Of a DNA stretch of 64,000 nucleotides, positions 11,313 to 22,638 are shown one piece after another. Numbering within the stretch: the stretch's first letter is position 1; every line of letters starts with the position of its first letter. The notes beneath the pieces were generated by a model that did not search any database, was not told where the DNA came from, and saw nothing but the letters and a program-made list of their open reading frames with translations. Position numbers and translations under genes: made by a program. The DNA is from Thecamonas trahens ATCC 50062 (lineage: Eukaryota; Protista; Apusomonadida), in the NCBI RefSeq assembly GCF_000142905.1, contig NW_013657653.1, positions 1 to 64,000 on the forward strand, in the 5' to 3' direction.

Positions 11313-14111
11313 CCCCCCCCCACCCGACTCTGCTCCCGCCTCTGCCCAATCCAAATGGATGAGCATCTCCTGCCGCATCCACCGACTCACCCCCCCCCTC
11401 CTTCCCCCCAAACCATGTAGCGAAAGGAGACACTGGGAGTGGAGCTGGCGCAAAAGGACAAGCGGAATGCGTTTATTGATCGGCGGTTTGGTGAGGATGA
11501 TCCCTCGCTGAGCAAGGACGACAAGCTGCTGATGCGGTATCAGAAGGAGCGTCAGGCGAGGTCCAACCGCTCGCAGGCGTACAATCTCAACAATGATGAT
11601 GGTGATGATGGTGATGCCTACCTGGATGATGAGTTTGCTCGGAGGCTTGCTGGCGAGCTGCCTGTGGCTGACGACGATGTTGACGTCCTGACACACGGCG
11701 GGCGGACGCTGGCGTCGACCCTTCTCGGCGAGGACGTCGAGCTGACACTGGAGAACGTGCAGAAGTTCAAGGACAGCAAGGACGCGGCCAAGCACGCGTT
11801 TGAGCTTGTGATGGGCCTTGACGGCTTTGGCGACGACGACGACGACGACTCGTTTGGCGGCCTCCGCAAGACGGCCGAGTCGTCCTACGACGCCTACGAG
11901 AAGCGGCAGCAGGCCATCCAGCGGGCGGTGGAAGCCAAGGCCCAGGCCGAGGCCGAGAACCCGTCAGCGTCCAAGTCAAAGCGCGAGATCTACGCCGAGC
12001 TCATTGCCAAGTCCAAGCTTTTCAAGAATGAGGCGGCGCAGCTGAAGGCGCTGCAGGACGAGGTGACCGAGAAGCTCGATGCCCAGTTTGACGCCGAGAT
12101 CTCGGACCTGCTCGCCGATTCGAAACGCAAGATCCTGACTCGTGATGAGAAGCGGACGCTTAAGCGTGCCATGGGCCACGACGAGTACGACTCTCTGCTC
12201 TCGGACCTGGCCAAGGACGAGCGGATTCAGGCGTCGGACAAGCTCAAGACGCCCGAGGAGCTTGCGCGCATCGAGCGCGACCGCCTCCGCAAGCTCGAAG
12301 CCGAGCGGGTGGCGCGGATGACGCTTGGCGGCGGGTCGGACGATGAGGGTGCGGCCAGCAATGCCTATGGCCTCGAGCCGGTCTTTGAGGCCGGCGACGA
12401 CGACGCTAGCGTGGCAGGCATGGAGGTCGAGACAGTGTCTGCCGCCGAGCTGGCGTCGATGACACCGGCCGAACGGCGCGCTGTTGTCCGCAAGCAGCGC
12501 AAGGAACTGCGCAAGGAAAAGGCCCGCCTCCGGATGGGCGATGACAAGTATCAGGAGCAGCTGGATAAGCTCGCGGAAGCGCAGGCCAAGCGGGCTGCGG
12601 CGCGGCGGGCCGTGACCGGCGACGACAAGCTGGACATCCGCCGCGAGGGACCTGGCACGGGCTCGGGCCTTGTCCACAAGAGCGATCCGGCGGACGAGCC
12701 AGACGACGCGTCGATGCCGTTTGTCTTTGACATGCCTGACGACGAGGCTGGGCTCGCCAAGATGCTTGCGCCGTACACGCCGCGCGACATGGGCATCATC
12801 ATCCGCCGGCTCCGCAAGCTCAACGCAGTCGAGCTGGGCGCTAACGCGCGCGAGGCGCAGCAGAAGCTCTTCACGCTCCTCCTTGTCCACGCCGCCGCCG
12901 TCGGCTCGTCGCCTTCGGCCTGCACGCCCAAGGGCATGGCGGTCCTCGACGTGCTCGCCGGTGCGGTCCACGACATGGCGTCCGACCTCGGCCACCACGC
13001 GGTGACCACCGCCACGGAGCTCATTGCCTCGCTGCAGTCATCACTGGTGGCGCGGCCCGATGCCGTCGCCGAGCCGGGTACTCTGCTGCTCATCAAGCTC
13101 CTCGCGCGGGTCTTCCCGGTCTCGGACGCTCGGCATTGTGTGACAACGCCGCTAGCGCTGCTCATGGCCGAGATGCTGACGCAGGTTGCGGCGACAACGG
13201 CGCCGCACGTCGCCGCCGGCCTCTTCCTCGCCGCAGAGGCCTTTACCTTTGTCGAGCCGGCGGCGCGGTTCATGCCGGAGCCGCTCCTCTTCCTCCACGC
13301 AGTCATTGCAGCTGTGAGCACGTCGCCGGGCGCGGCGCTCCCGTCACGGACGCCGCCGCCGCTCGCGGTCCTCCCGGCGCTGCTGGCCGTCCCTGCCGAC
13401 GCCAGCCTGGCGGACAAGCCGGAGCCGCTGGACATCTTTGCACTCCTTCGCGGCGAGACCGAGTGGTTGGCCAAGAAGAAGGCCAAGAAGGGAAAGACAG
13501 GCAAGAAGGGCAAGGCCAAGGCCAAGGCGGAGGCCGGCACCACCGCCGATAGCCTCAAGGTGAGCATGGCGTCGGCTGCCGTGGCGATTCTCTCCAAGTA
13601 CGCCGTTCTCTACACTTCGTACGAGGCATACGAGTCTCTCTTCCGCCCGTTTGTGGCGCCGCTGGAGGCGCTTGCGGGCCGGATGCCGGCGCTGTCGCCG
13701 GCCATCACCCCGCTCGTCGAGCACATCCGCATCGTGTGCGAGGGCATGGAGAAGTCACGCCGCCCACTCACGCTCCTCGCGCGCAAGGCCGCGTCGATCT
13801 CCATGTACACCCCGCTCTTCGAGGAAGAGTACATGCCGACCAAGGACTACGACCCGGACAAGGTCCGCTCGGAGCTGCGCAAGATGAAGCGCAAGATCAA
13901 GGACGAGCGAAAGGGCGCCATGCGCGAGCTGCGTAAGGACAACGCCTACCTCGCCGCCGAGGCCTCGCGCAAGCGCGCGCGTGACGATGCCGAGTACCAG
14001 ACCAAGATCAAGGGTATCTACGCCTCGCTCGAGTCGGAGCAGGCCGAGGCCAACAAGCTGGCTCGCATGCAGGAGACCGAGCGCAAGAAGAAGAAGCGCA
14101 AGTTCCGGTAA
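11006..14111 (+). CDS. NOP14: Nucleolar protein 14 (SSU processome); join(11006..11206,11421..14111)
   Basis: FIDRRFGE, KSKREIYAELIAKSK, LKTPEELA and KDERKGAMRELRKDN motifs. A phase-0 intron GTACAT...TAG (214 nt) joins ...RTRGLEK to RKETLGVE. Confidence 0.95.
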
Positions 14112-14180
14112 AAGGCTGTGGAGTGTGCATGAATAGAGGAGCCTGGCGGCGCAATCGACCGCTCTTTACTGCCGACGCGG

Positions 14181-17100
14181 CTACTGCTGACACTTGAACG
14201 AGAGTCGGTACAGTGTCCGCTTGTCAAACGATGGCATGTGGACAAGGTACTTGAGGATGGTGGGCGTGGCCTGGAAAGGATATGTCGCCGGCGACGTCGG
14301 CTTGATGTTCCGCAACGTCTGGACAAGGTCAAGCATGGGAAGAATGGCGACGAGCCCGTCGGGCCGCTTAAGCGGCGTGGCGCGGATCTGGTACTTGAGC
14401 TCGTCGAGGTGCATCTGAAAGAAGGGGACAGTGGGTGCGCCGGGCGCCGCGGCTGCCTGCTCCGCGATCACCTCCTTGAGCGTGCTGAGCTTGGACGAGT
14501 AGTGCAGGAGCTTGGAGACGATGCGCCGGGTCTTGGACGAGATGGCCGACCACGTGTTGTCAAGCCGCTTGACAAACGACGAGTCGAGGCCGGCCATGAT
14601 GGCCATGAACGTGTTGTAGTTGCGGTGCTTGTGAAGGAGGGTGTCGGCGAGGCGGACAAACTTGGTGATCGCCGCCTTGCGCTTGGATGGCGTCGGGCCC
14701 GAGACAATGACTGTCACCACCCAATACACGATGGTCTCATACGCCGCGAGGTACTTGAGCACCGACTTTGTCGAGTCGCCCGACTGCGTAGCGTAGTTGA
14801 GGATCTCCACCGCCTTGACCTGCGCCAGCAGCTTGACCTCCAGCATGGTGATCGACTGCGCGAGTGAGTCGTCGTTCACCTTGAGGATAAAGTCGATCGA
14901 GATGTTGTCCTGCTCCGGCTTCAGCGTGATTTCATAAGCCTCGGTCATGAGCGCTGACCGGTTGGCAATCTTGTCACCCAGCCGCAGCCGGAACTTTTCC
15001 ATCACCGCAATCTCCTTGGACGCCGCGTCCTGGATGGCCCGATCCGACGAGGGTGACGGCGGCGCGTCCTCCGGCGTCTCCGCCACCGCTGCCTCAAGCA
15101 GCCGCCCAAAGTCGGCGAGCCCGTCCATCATGAGCGTGTTGGCGCCAAAGTCGCCAAAGTAGCCCTCGAGCCAAAGCGAGAGAAACGTGACAACGCGGAC
15201 ACGGATGACCGGCCGCCACTGACGGATGTAGCCTTGCTGGCCTGCGTCGCCGGCCGCAGACGGCGGCAGCGCGAGGTTGAACCGTGAAATGAGGAGCGAG
15301 AGAAGGGTAAACGGCTTGGCAAACGCCCGGTACGCAAGCAGGAACGACTGGATGAACTTGAGGTTCGGTCGGCCCGCGGGCGTGAGGTAGTCCACCAGCC
15401 GCTCGAGCGTTGCCGCCTCGAGCCGGACTTGCCGCCGGACAACAACCAGGTGCGCCGCTGTCGCGCCCTTGCCCGAGAGCACCGGCATGGCGATCGGCTT
15501 GGCCGACGCCGTCATCTGCACTGCGGCCTTGCGGGCCGTCTCGAGCGCAGTGTGCATCGACATCGAGTCGATGGCCGACTCCCACAGCGCGTCCACCGTC
15601 TTGCCCAGCACCATCTCGAACGACGACAGCTGCTCGTCTTCAGCAACAGTAGCGAGGGCCAGCGATGCCGACTTCAGTGTCGACGCTGCCGACTTGATCG
15701 TACTTCCGGACGGCACTGCACGCGCTGCTTCGAGTTGCGCCTGCAGCTGCAAAATCTCCTGCCGAGCCGCGGCAAGTGCCTGCGCGTCCGCGATGCGGGC
15801 CTCGGTGAGCGCAGCAACTTGTTTGCGGAGCTTGTCCTCCTCGGACCAAGCCTGGAACTCACCGCGCGCCATGACCGCAGTCCCGCAGTCGTAGTCGGAC
15901 GAACCGTCCGACTCATCGCCGTCGCCAGACTCGCCGCCGTCGGGCACGGCGTCGCGATGCGCGAGCGCGTACGTCTCCAGAATCGACCGCAGCGTCTCAA
16001 ACTGGATCCGCGTCTTCTTAATCTCCATCTCGCGCTCGGCATCGAGAACCACAAGTTTGTCCCGAAGCTGGTCCGAGGTGAGGACTCGGAGGTCAAAGAC
16101 CGGCTCGCGCTGCCGGTGGTAGTCTTCGCCGTCGGCAATGTCCTCGTCGAGCGCCTTGTCCACAGCCGCCACCGCACTCGCTGCAGCCTGCTCCGTCGCG
16201 GCCAGCTCACGCTCGCGCTCCTCAAACGCAGCCTCGAGCTCTGATGGTACCATCGTGTCAAAGCAGGCCGACGACGCCGACGATGCGCCGCCGTCGTCAG
16301 ACCCGCTCGTCTCGTCGTCACCACGCACCGCAAACGCCATCTGCTGGCTCTTGCTCCGCCATGCAGACTTGGCCTTTTGCTGGCTGGCTTTGGCGGCGAC
16401 GCTGGCTGTCGTAGCTGCTTGCTCAGCCTCATGCTCGGCCTTGGCCGCGGCAAACTCGGACGGAATGGCAGTGAGGTAGGCTTCCGAGGAGCCCGACGAC
16501 GAGCCGTCGTCGGCCGGCTCTGTCACAGCGACAGGCTCGGCTGCTGCGGCATTTTCGATCTCGGCAACCGGCGTTGAGGCTTCCGACTGCAGTGGGGTGC
16601 CGACCGTCGGAGTCAGCGAGAGCGACTCGAGCGCGTCGACGTAGTCCGACGAGCCCGAGGTACGCGACGGATGGCTCGGCACTGCAATCCGGAGCTGCGA
16701 GACAGTCGGAGGGAGACCGCCCTCACCACCGTGTCCACTGTCACTCTCGGCCCCGCCTTTGCCTCCGCCTTTGCCTCCGCCTTCGCCTTTGCTCCCATCT
16801 CTGGTCCCGGCGCCAGCCTCGCCCTCGCCCGCGGGCCCCATGTTGGACTCTGATGGAATGCCCGGCAGGGCGCCAGCAAACGAGTTTGATCGCTTGCGGC
16901 CTTGGACAGGCGTCGGGGCCAGATGCTCGCTCGTCTGTTTGTCATCGTTGCTTGTCACAGAGCTCCGGCGGCGCACACGACGACGAGAATCATCGGCCGA
17001 CTTTGTTGAGCTCACCTTTGATGAGCTCCCGGCGACCTTTTTGCGGATGATCTTTTTCCGCACCGGCCGCTTCCGTCGCACCTTGCCCGAGCTTGGCCTC

Positions 17101-17294
17101 TTTTTGCCTTGCGCCTCGCCTCCATTTGCGCCGCGTCTCTTGACCACTTTCCGCTTCAGGCGCTTGCGGGCTGGCGACTTGCCCTTGTTCGCCACCGGCC
17201 GCGGCACGGGCGACGGCGTGTTACGTCCAGAGCCTTCGTCCGGCAATGGCGGCAGTGCAGGGAGAGGAGGCAGTGGAGGCGCTTCTTCCGCCAT
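14181..17294 (-). CDS. Ras guanine nucleotide exchange factor (REM + CDC25 domains) with long disordered N-terminus and SARAH-like helix
   Basis: REM motif AATLERLVDYLT...FLLAYRAF...RVRVVTFLSLWLEGY. CDC25 domain LAQSITMLE...NYNTFMAIMAGL...VKRLDNTW...PTVPFF. Confidence 0.9.
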   Translation of the reverse strand: MAEEAPPLPPLPALPPLPDEGSGRNTPSPVPRPVANKGKSPARKRLKRKVVKRRGANGGEAQGKKRPSSGKVRRKRPVRKKIIRKKVAGSSSKVSSTKSADDSRRRVRRRSSVTSNDDKQTSEHLAPTPVQGRKRSNSFAGALPGIPSESNMGPAGEGEAGAGTRDGSKGEGGGKGGGKGGAESDSGHGGEGGLPPTVSQLRIAVPSHPSRTSGSSDYVDALESLSLTPTVGTPLQSEASTPVAEIENAAAAEPVAVTEPADDGSSSGSSEAYLTAIPSEFAAAKAEHEAEQAATTASVAAKASQQKAKSAWRSKSQQMAFAVRGDDETSGSDDGGASSASSACFDTMVPSELEAAFEERERELAATEQAAASAVAAVDKALDEDIADGEDYHRQREPVFDLRVLTSDQLRDKLVVLDAEREMEIKKTRIQFETLRSILETYALAHRDAVPDGGESGDGDESDGSSDYDCGTAVMARGEFQAWSEEDKLRKQVAALTEARIADAQALAAARQEILQLQAQLEAARAVPSGSTIKSAASTLKSASLALATVAEDEQLSSFEMVLGKTVDALWESAIDSMSMHTALETARKAAVQMTASAKPIAMPVLSGKGATAAHLVVVRRQVRLEAATLERLVDYLTPAGRPNLKFIQSFLLAYRAFAKPFTLLSLLISRFNLALPPSAAGDAGQQGYIRQWRPVIRVRVVTFLSLWLEGYFGDFGANTLMMDGLADFGRLLEAAVAETPEDAPPSPSSDRAIQDAASKEIAVMEKFRLRLGDKIANRSALMTEAYEITLKPEQDNISIDFILKVNDDSLAQSITMLEVKLLAQVKAVEILNYATQSGDSTKSVLKYLAAYETIVYWVVTVIVSGPTPSKRKAAITKFVRLADTLLHKHRNYNTFMAIMAGLDSSFVKRLDNTWSAISSKTRRIVSKLLHYSSKLSTLKEVIAEQAAAAPGAPTVPFFQMHLDELKYQIRATPLKRPDGLVAILPMLDLVQTLRNIKPTSPATYPFQATPTILKYLVHMPSFDKRTLYRLSFKCQQ

Positions 17295-17534
17295 GCCGCC
17301 CTTTCCTGCCTTGGTCGTGAGGTGTCCTCAGCACTCGTTTGTGGCTGGCGTAGCCCTGCCGAGAGCTCGGCCCCTGCCAAAATGGCTGTCTCGCGTCGCC
17401 AATGACGACCCGCCCGATTATTTGCCGAACAACAAACTCACTTGCGGCTGTGGTCTCTCGGTGAGCTCCAATCATCAATTTTCAACAACTATTTTTTCCG
17501 TGGTGGGCCCCTGCCGACTCGGCCAACTGCGCTG

Positions 17535-20398
17535 CTACCTGTGGCCAAACTTGGGTAGCGCCGCGATCGAATTGCGATCGAGCAGCCGCGAGCTGGAAGA
17601 CGCTCCGCTGCCGACGAGTCCGTGCGACTCGAGATACTTGCGCGAGTCGAGCGAAAAGTCGGCCAGGTCGAGGTCGGCCGGCGCGCGCCGCGGCTCGATC
17701 GTTGACACCCCTGCGAGCTCGCCCATGTCGTCAGCGTCGATACCGTCGGCGTACATCATACCGAGGTACTTGATGGTCAGTGCCTGTGCCTTGACATCGT
17801 CCACCTCGCCGTCGTCGTCGAGGTCGTCGTAGTCGATCGGCTCAAACTCGATCCGCGGGAGGACAAGCGAGGCATCAGCAGACGGCCCGCCGCTCGCGGT
17901 GGCACACCCGTCGTACTCGGCATTTTCGTCGTTGACCTCCGGAGCAACAAGCGGCTCCGGCAACGGGGCAGGTGCTGGCTCCGGCTTGGCAACAGGTGCA
18001 GGTGCCGGCTCCGGCTTGGCAACAGGTGCAGGTGCCGGCTCAGCCTCGATCGCGAGCGCTGCCTCGTCCCCGGAAGCAGGCTTGAGCGCCGAGAGTAGAC
18101 ATGCGGCCTCAGCCTCGACCTGCTCCGACACCTTTTCCCACTCCCAGGCGTCGGTAGAACCTGCGTCGGGCTCGATAGGCTCGTCGCCGCCAGCAACATG
18201 CGCGTGCGCAACCTCGCGCGAGTCGTCGAACCGCGACGAGTCATACGTGTCGTCGGGTCCAAGGCCAGCGAGGGCAGGCAGCTCGTGGCGGGCGCGGGCG
18301 CGCCACGACGCCAGCGACGCCGCCGACGCCACAGTGGTGTCGTGATCGACGTCGGAATCGCACGACATCGACGTGTGAGCGTCGTAGAGCGACGGACCGG
18401 TGGAGGTCGCGGTCGTGACGGCTGCAGCTTCAGGCGGCGGCGACGACGGCGACGGCGGCGGCGGTGCCGCCGCGAGGCTCGCCTGGAGCGTCCGCAGTTG
18501 CTCAGAGAGACGCCCGATTTGCTCCTGCTGCATGAGGAGGAGCGAGTGGAGGTCGGCCGGCGGCGCCGGGTGTGCTGCCGGGTGCGGCGCACCATAGAAC
18601 GGCGTCGACATGAGGTGCGGCGGAAAGTGCGACATGTGCATCGGCGGCGGGTACGGCATCGACGCGGCAAAGGCCGGGTGCGGATAGCCGTACGCCGGCC
18701 ACGCCATCGGATGCCCTGCACTCCCGGTGTGGGTGTTGGCGTGCGGATGTGACGCTGGGTGCGGCGCCGAGTCGTCCATCGTTATCTCGAGGTCGGAAAA
18801 GCCAAGCTCGGCGGCAACGTCCAGCGCCGAGTCGTCTCCCGACTCGCCGTCTCCCAAATCGCCGTCTCCCGACTCGCCGACGCTGACATCGAGGCCCGAG
18901 GCGGCGAGAACCGCCGGGGGCGTAGGCCGCGGGACAGTCGTGCTCGGCAGCTCGACAGCGTCGGCTTCGGGCTCGGACTCTGCTTGGAGCTGAGGCTTTG
19001 CCTCAGGGACCGAGATCTGGACCGCAGACGGGAAGCCAAAACCGTCGAGCTCGGCGTGGGCCTCGGCGAGAACGCGGGCAGAGTCAGCCGAGGCGTGCGG
19101 ACGGAGTGCGCCGAGGATGATCGGGTCGGCTGAGGCATCGGCGTGGCCAGCAGCAAGGGCTCCGAGCGCGACGGCAGCAGTGAGCGAGGTGAACGACCAC
19201 TTGCGGGTCCGAGCGTGGAGCGAGGCCTGGTAAAAGACCGGGGTGAGGGCGCCGGCGGGGCTGACGCCGCCACTCGGCGGTGCGGGGTAGACAAGAACGA
19301 GGAACCTGCGGTCGTGATCCAAGACGCGGTCGAGAGCCTCGTCGGCGACAAAGCCGACGAGGCGTGACCAGAGGTAGAGCGCGTCGTGCGGGGCGAGGAC
19401 GTTGATGCCCGACACCCAGAGGCCGACGAGCGGAACGTCGCGAACTTTGGGTCGCGCTGCGAGAGAAGCAGCACCCGCCGCGCAGCATCGAGTGTCAGCG
19501 CCCCGTACCGGCGCTCGCCACGAGCGGACGCTGGGAGCAGCGACGCCGCCAGCGCCGTGTTAAGAACGCGGAGCGGGTTGATCTTGGCGAGCGAAGCCGA
19601 GATGTTGGGCATGGCGCCAAAGAGGCCAAACTCGAGCACGCCGCCACGCTCATCAAGCCGGGCCTTTGCGAGAACAACAGCGTACTTGGCCGGGTCGTCG
19701 GGCAAGTCGCGGAACGGGAGCTCCATCAGCGTCCGCCAGCGGGCGAGAAAAAACTCGACAGCGGCAGAGTCAAGCTCAGGCGCTGAGCCTGACGGCGCAG
19801 CAGCGGGCGAGACGCTCGCCTCGAGCAGGACGGCAAGATGCCGCGACGGCGCCGAGGCCGGGACCGATGTGTACGGCGCCTCACCGTCGATGGCCTTGTC
19901 AAACCGATCAAAGAGGACCGAGTGCGAGTCGGCCACCATGTCGCCGAGGAGAAAGGCCACAAGCGGCGAGGCCGACAGAGCGTGACTATCATCCAGAGCC
20001 GGTGCGAGGGCATGAAGGAGGTCCGCAAGCGGAGGAGCAGCGAGACCACATGTGAGCGGAGCAGGAGCAAGCGGAAGAGGCGCTGCGACTGGCGTCGGAT
20101 CCCAAAGCCGTGACCGTGAAGCTGGGAAGGTCACCGTTGCCTGAGTCATACCATGACCCGTACTCTGTGTCGCCACAGCCGCTGCATACAGCCGCTGCTT
20201 GGCCACGGGCGAGTTTTGGCGCCATGGCCTTCCTGCGTTGCTCCCCTCCCTCCCGCTCCCGCTCCCGCTTCCACTCCTGTCATGGGGAACATTCGTAGGT
20301 CGCCTCGGTGTCACGTTCCCCCTCACCCACCCCATGCTGTCCTTGCTTGTCTCCGTCGTCAGCGTGTGCGTCCGTCCCGCAGCGGTGGAGGGCTGCAT
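17535..20398 (-). CDS. STIL: STIL/SAS-5/Ana2-like centriole assembly protein; frameshift at about 19445
   Basis: N-terminal FPASRSRLWDPTP. After a one-base correction, LTLDAARRVLLLSQRDPKVRDVPLVGLWVSG (STIL N-domain core). Central coiled coil LLMQQEQIGRLSEQLRTLQ and a STAN-like C-terminus (IKYL...SLDSRKYLESHGL...LDRNSIAALPKF). The start could be 20398, 20335 or 20149. Confidence 0.8.
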
Positions 20399-20684
20399 CG
20401 TCGAGCGCGGTCCCAGGCGAGGAGTGGCAGCGATTTTTTGGCGCGCGCGCGAAATGGAGTCGCCTCCCCACCCACCCCACGCCGGCTGCCATCAATCAGC
20501 GATTAAGAAAAACAATTTTTTGCTGTCACCCCCCCCCCCCCCCCCCCCCCACCCCCCACCCATTCCTGCGACCAGTCCGTCCGCGTGTGCTCACGTCACC
20601 CATCCTCGGTCCATCCTCCGCACTGCTCACACACCACACTCCTCCCCCCCCCTCCCTTCACACACACACCCATCCCAACCCACC

Positions 20685-22207
20685 ATGGTACGCACTACCT
20701 CCCCCCCCCCCGCCACCTCCTCATTCATCCTATCTCTCCCTCCACATCCACGTCCACTCATTACCCCAGTTAGTCCACCATTCCGCGCTTTCTTAATGCC
20801 TCGCTCGAGGAGGTCGACCCCGAGCTGGCTGCGCTCGTCGAGGCGGAGGCTGTTCGTCAGTGGCGTGGCCTCGAGCTCATCGCATCTGAGAACTTTACCT
20901 CCAAGGCCGTGTTTGACTCGCTTGGCTCGTGCCTGACCAACAAGTACTCGGAGGGATATCCCTCGAAGCGGTACTACGGTGGCAACGAGGTCATCGATCA
21001 GGTCGAGGAGCTGGCACAAGCTCGGGCCCTTGCTGCATTTGGCCTCGATCCCGAGGAGTGGGGCGTCAACGTGCAGGCGTACTCGGGCTCGCCGGCAAAC
21101 CTTGCTGTGCAGACCGCGCTCCTCGAGCCGCACGACCGCCTCATGGGCCTGGATCTGCCGTCGGGCGGGCATCTGACCCACGGATTTCGCACTGTCAACA
21201 AGAAGATCTCGGCCTCGGCCATCTACTTTGAGTCGCTGCCGTACCGCATCAACCCGGAGACCGGGCTTGTCAACTACGACGAGGTCGACGAGCTCTCGGC
21301 CAACTTTATGCCCAAGCTCCTCATCGCTGGCGGCTCGGCCGTCCCGCGCGACTGGGACTACGCCCGCATGCGCGCCGCCGCCGACAAGGTCAAGGCCTAC
21401 CTCATGACCGACATGGCCCACTATGCCGGCCTCGTCGCCGCGGGCGTCCTTGCCTCACCATTTGAGCACTCGCACGTGGTGACGACCACAACCCACAAGT
21501 CGCTCCGTGGCCCGCGCGCTGCCCTCATCTTCTACCGCAAGCGCCCGCGGACCCTGGCCGATGGCTCGCTCGAAGTCGACCCGCGCTCGGTCGGCCTCGA
21601 GGCCAAGATCAACTTTGCCGTGTTCCCGGCCCTCCAGGGCGGCCCGCACAACAACGCCATCGGCGCTGTCGCCACCGCTCTCAAGCAGGCCGCCTCGGAC
21701 GAGTTCAAGGCCTACGGCGTCCAGGTCCAGAAGAACGCTTCTGCCCTTGGCGCCGCCCTCGTTTCCCGCGGCCACACCCTCGTCACCGGCGGGACAGACA
21801 CCCATCTCGTCCTCTGGGACGTCCGCCCGCACGGCCTCACCGGCTCCAAGCTCGAGAAGCTCTTCGAGGCCGCTTCCATCACCACCAACAAGAATTCCAT
21901 CTACGGTGACAAGTCTGCCGTCAACCCCGGCGGCATCCGCCTTGGCACCCCCGCCCTCACCTCGCGCGGCATGACTGAGGTCCACATGGAGGCCATCGCT
22001 GGCTTCCTTGACCGCGGCGTCGCCATCGCCCTCGACATCCAGGCCAAGTCGGGCAAGAAGCTCGTCGACTTTGTCGCCGCCATCCAATCTTCGGATGCCG
22101 TCGTTGCCCTCAAGGCTGACGTCGAGGCTCTCGCCACTCAGTTCCCCATGCCTGGCTTTGAGACCGCCGATATGACCCTCGACGCCCCGGCGGCTGCCTC
22201 GGAGTAA
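20685..22207 (+). CDS. SHMT: Serine hydroxymethyltransferase (probably cytosolic); join(20685..20687,20774..22207)
   Basis: [46 protein letters not shown] (PLP lysine) and LQGGPHN. The ATG is followed directly by an 86-nt GTACGC...TAG intron. Confidence 0.97.
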
Positions 22208-22638
22208 ACCCCTCGAATGTGCAAACGTGGTGCGACGACGAGAAAACATGATCAGTGAATGAGGACCTCGCCCCACACACACAGACTCTCCCGCGCACGT
22301 CACAACCAGAGAACCTCCATCTCCACCCTCCCCCCTCCCACTTCCCACTTCCTCCAAACGACACCGCTTTCTTTCCCTCCCTGTCTCCCCTCTCCATCCA
22401 TGCCCATCCATCTCTAACCGCTCCCCCTCCCCACTCTCCACTCTCTCCATAATTTTTTCCAACCACCCCCACCCCCACTCTCGCGCCCCTCCCCTCGATC
22501 ACGACACCCCCGCTCGTCGAAGCCCGCTACCTACGCTCTACATTCCACCCCTCTCCACGACCACAACCGCCACCGCCACCCCCCACCACCCCCTACCGCA
22601 AACCCCCACACATCCCTCCCCACGACTGCCTCCCCACC

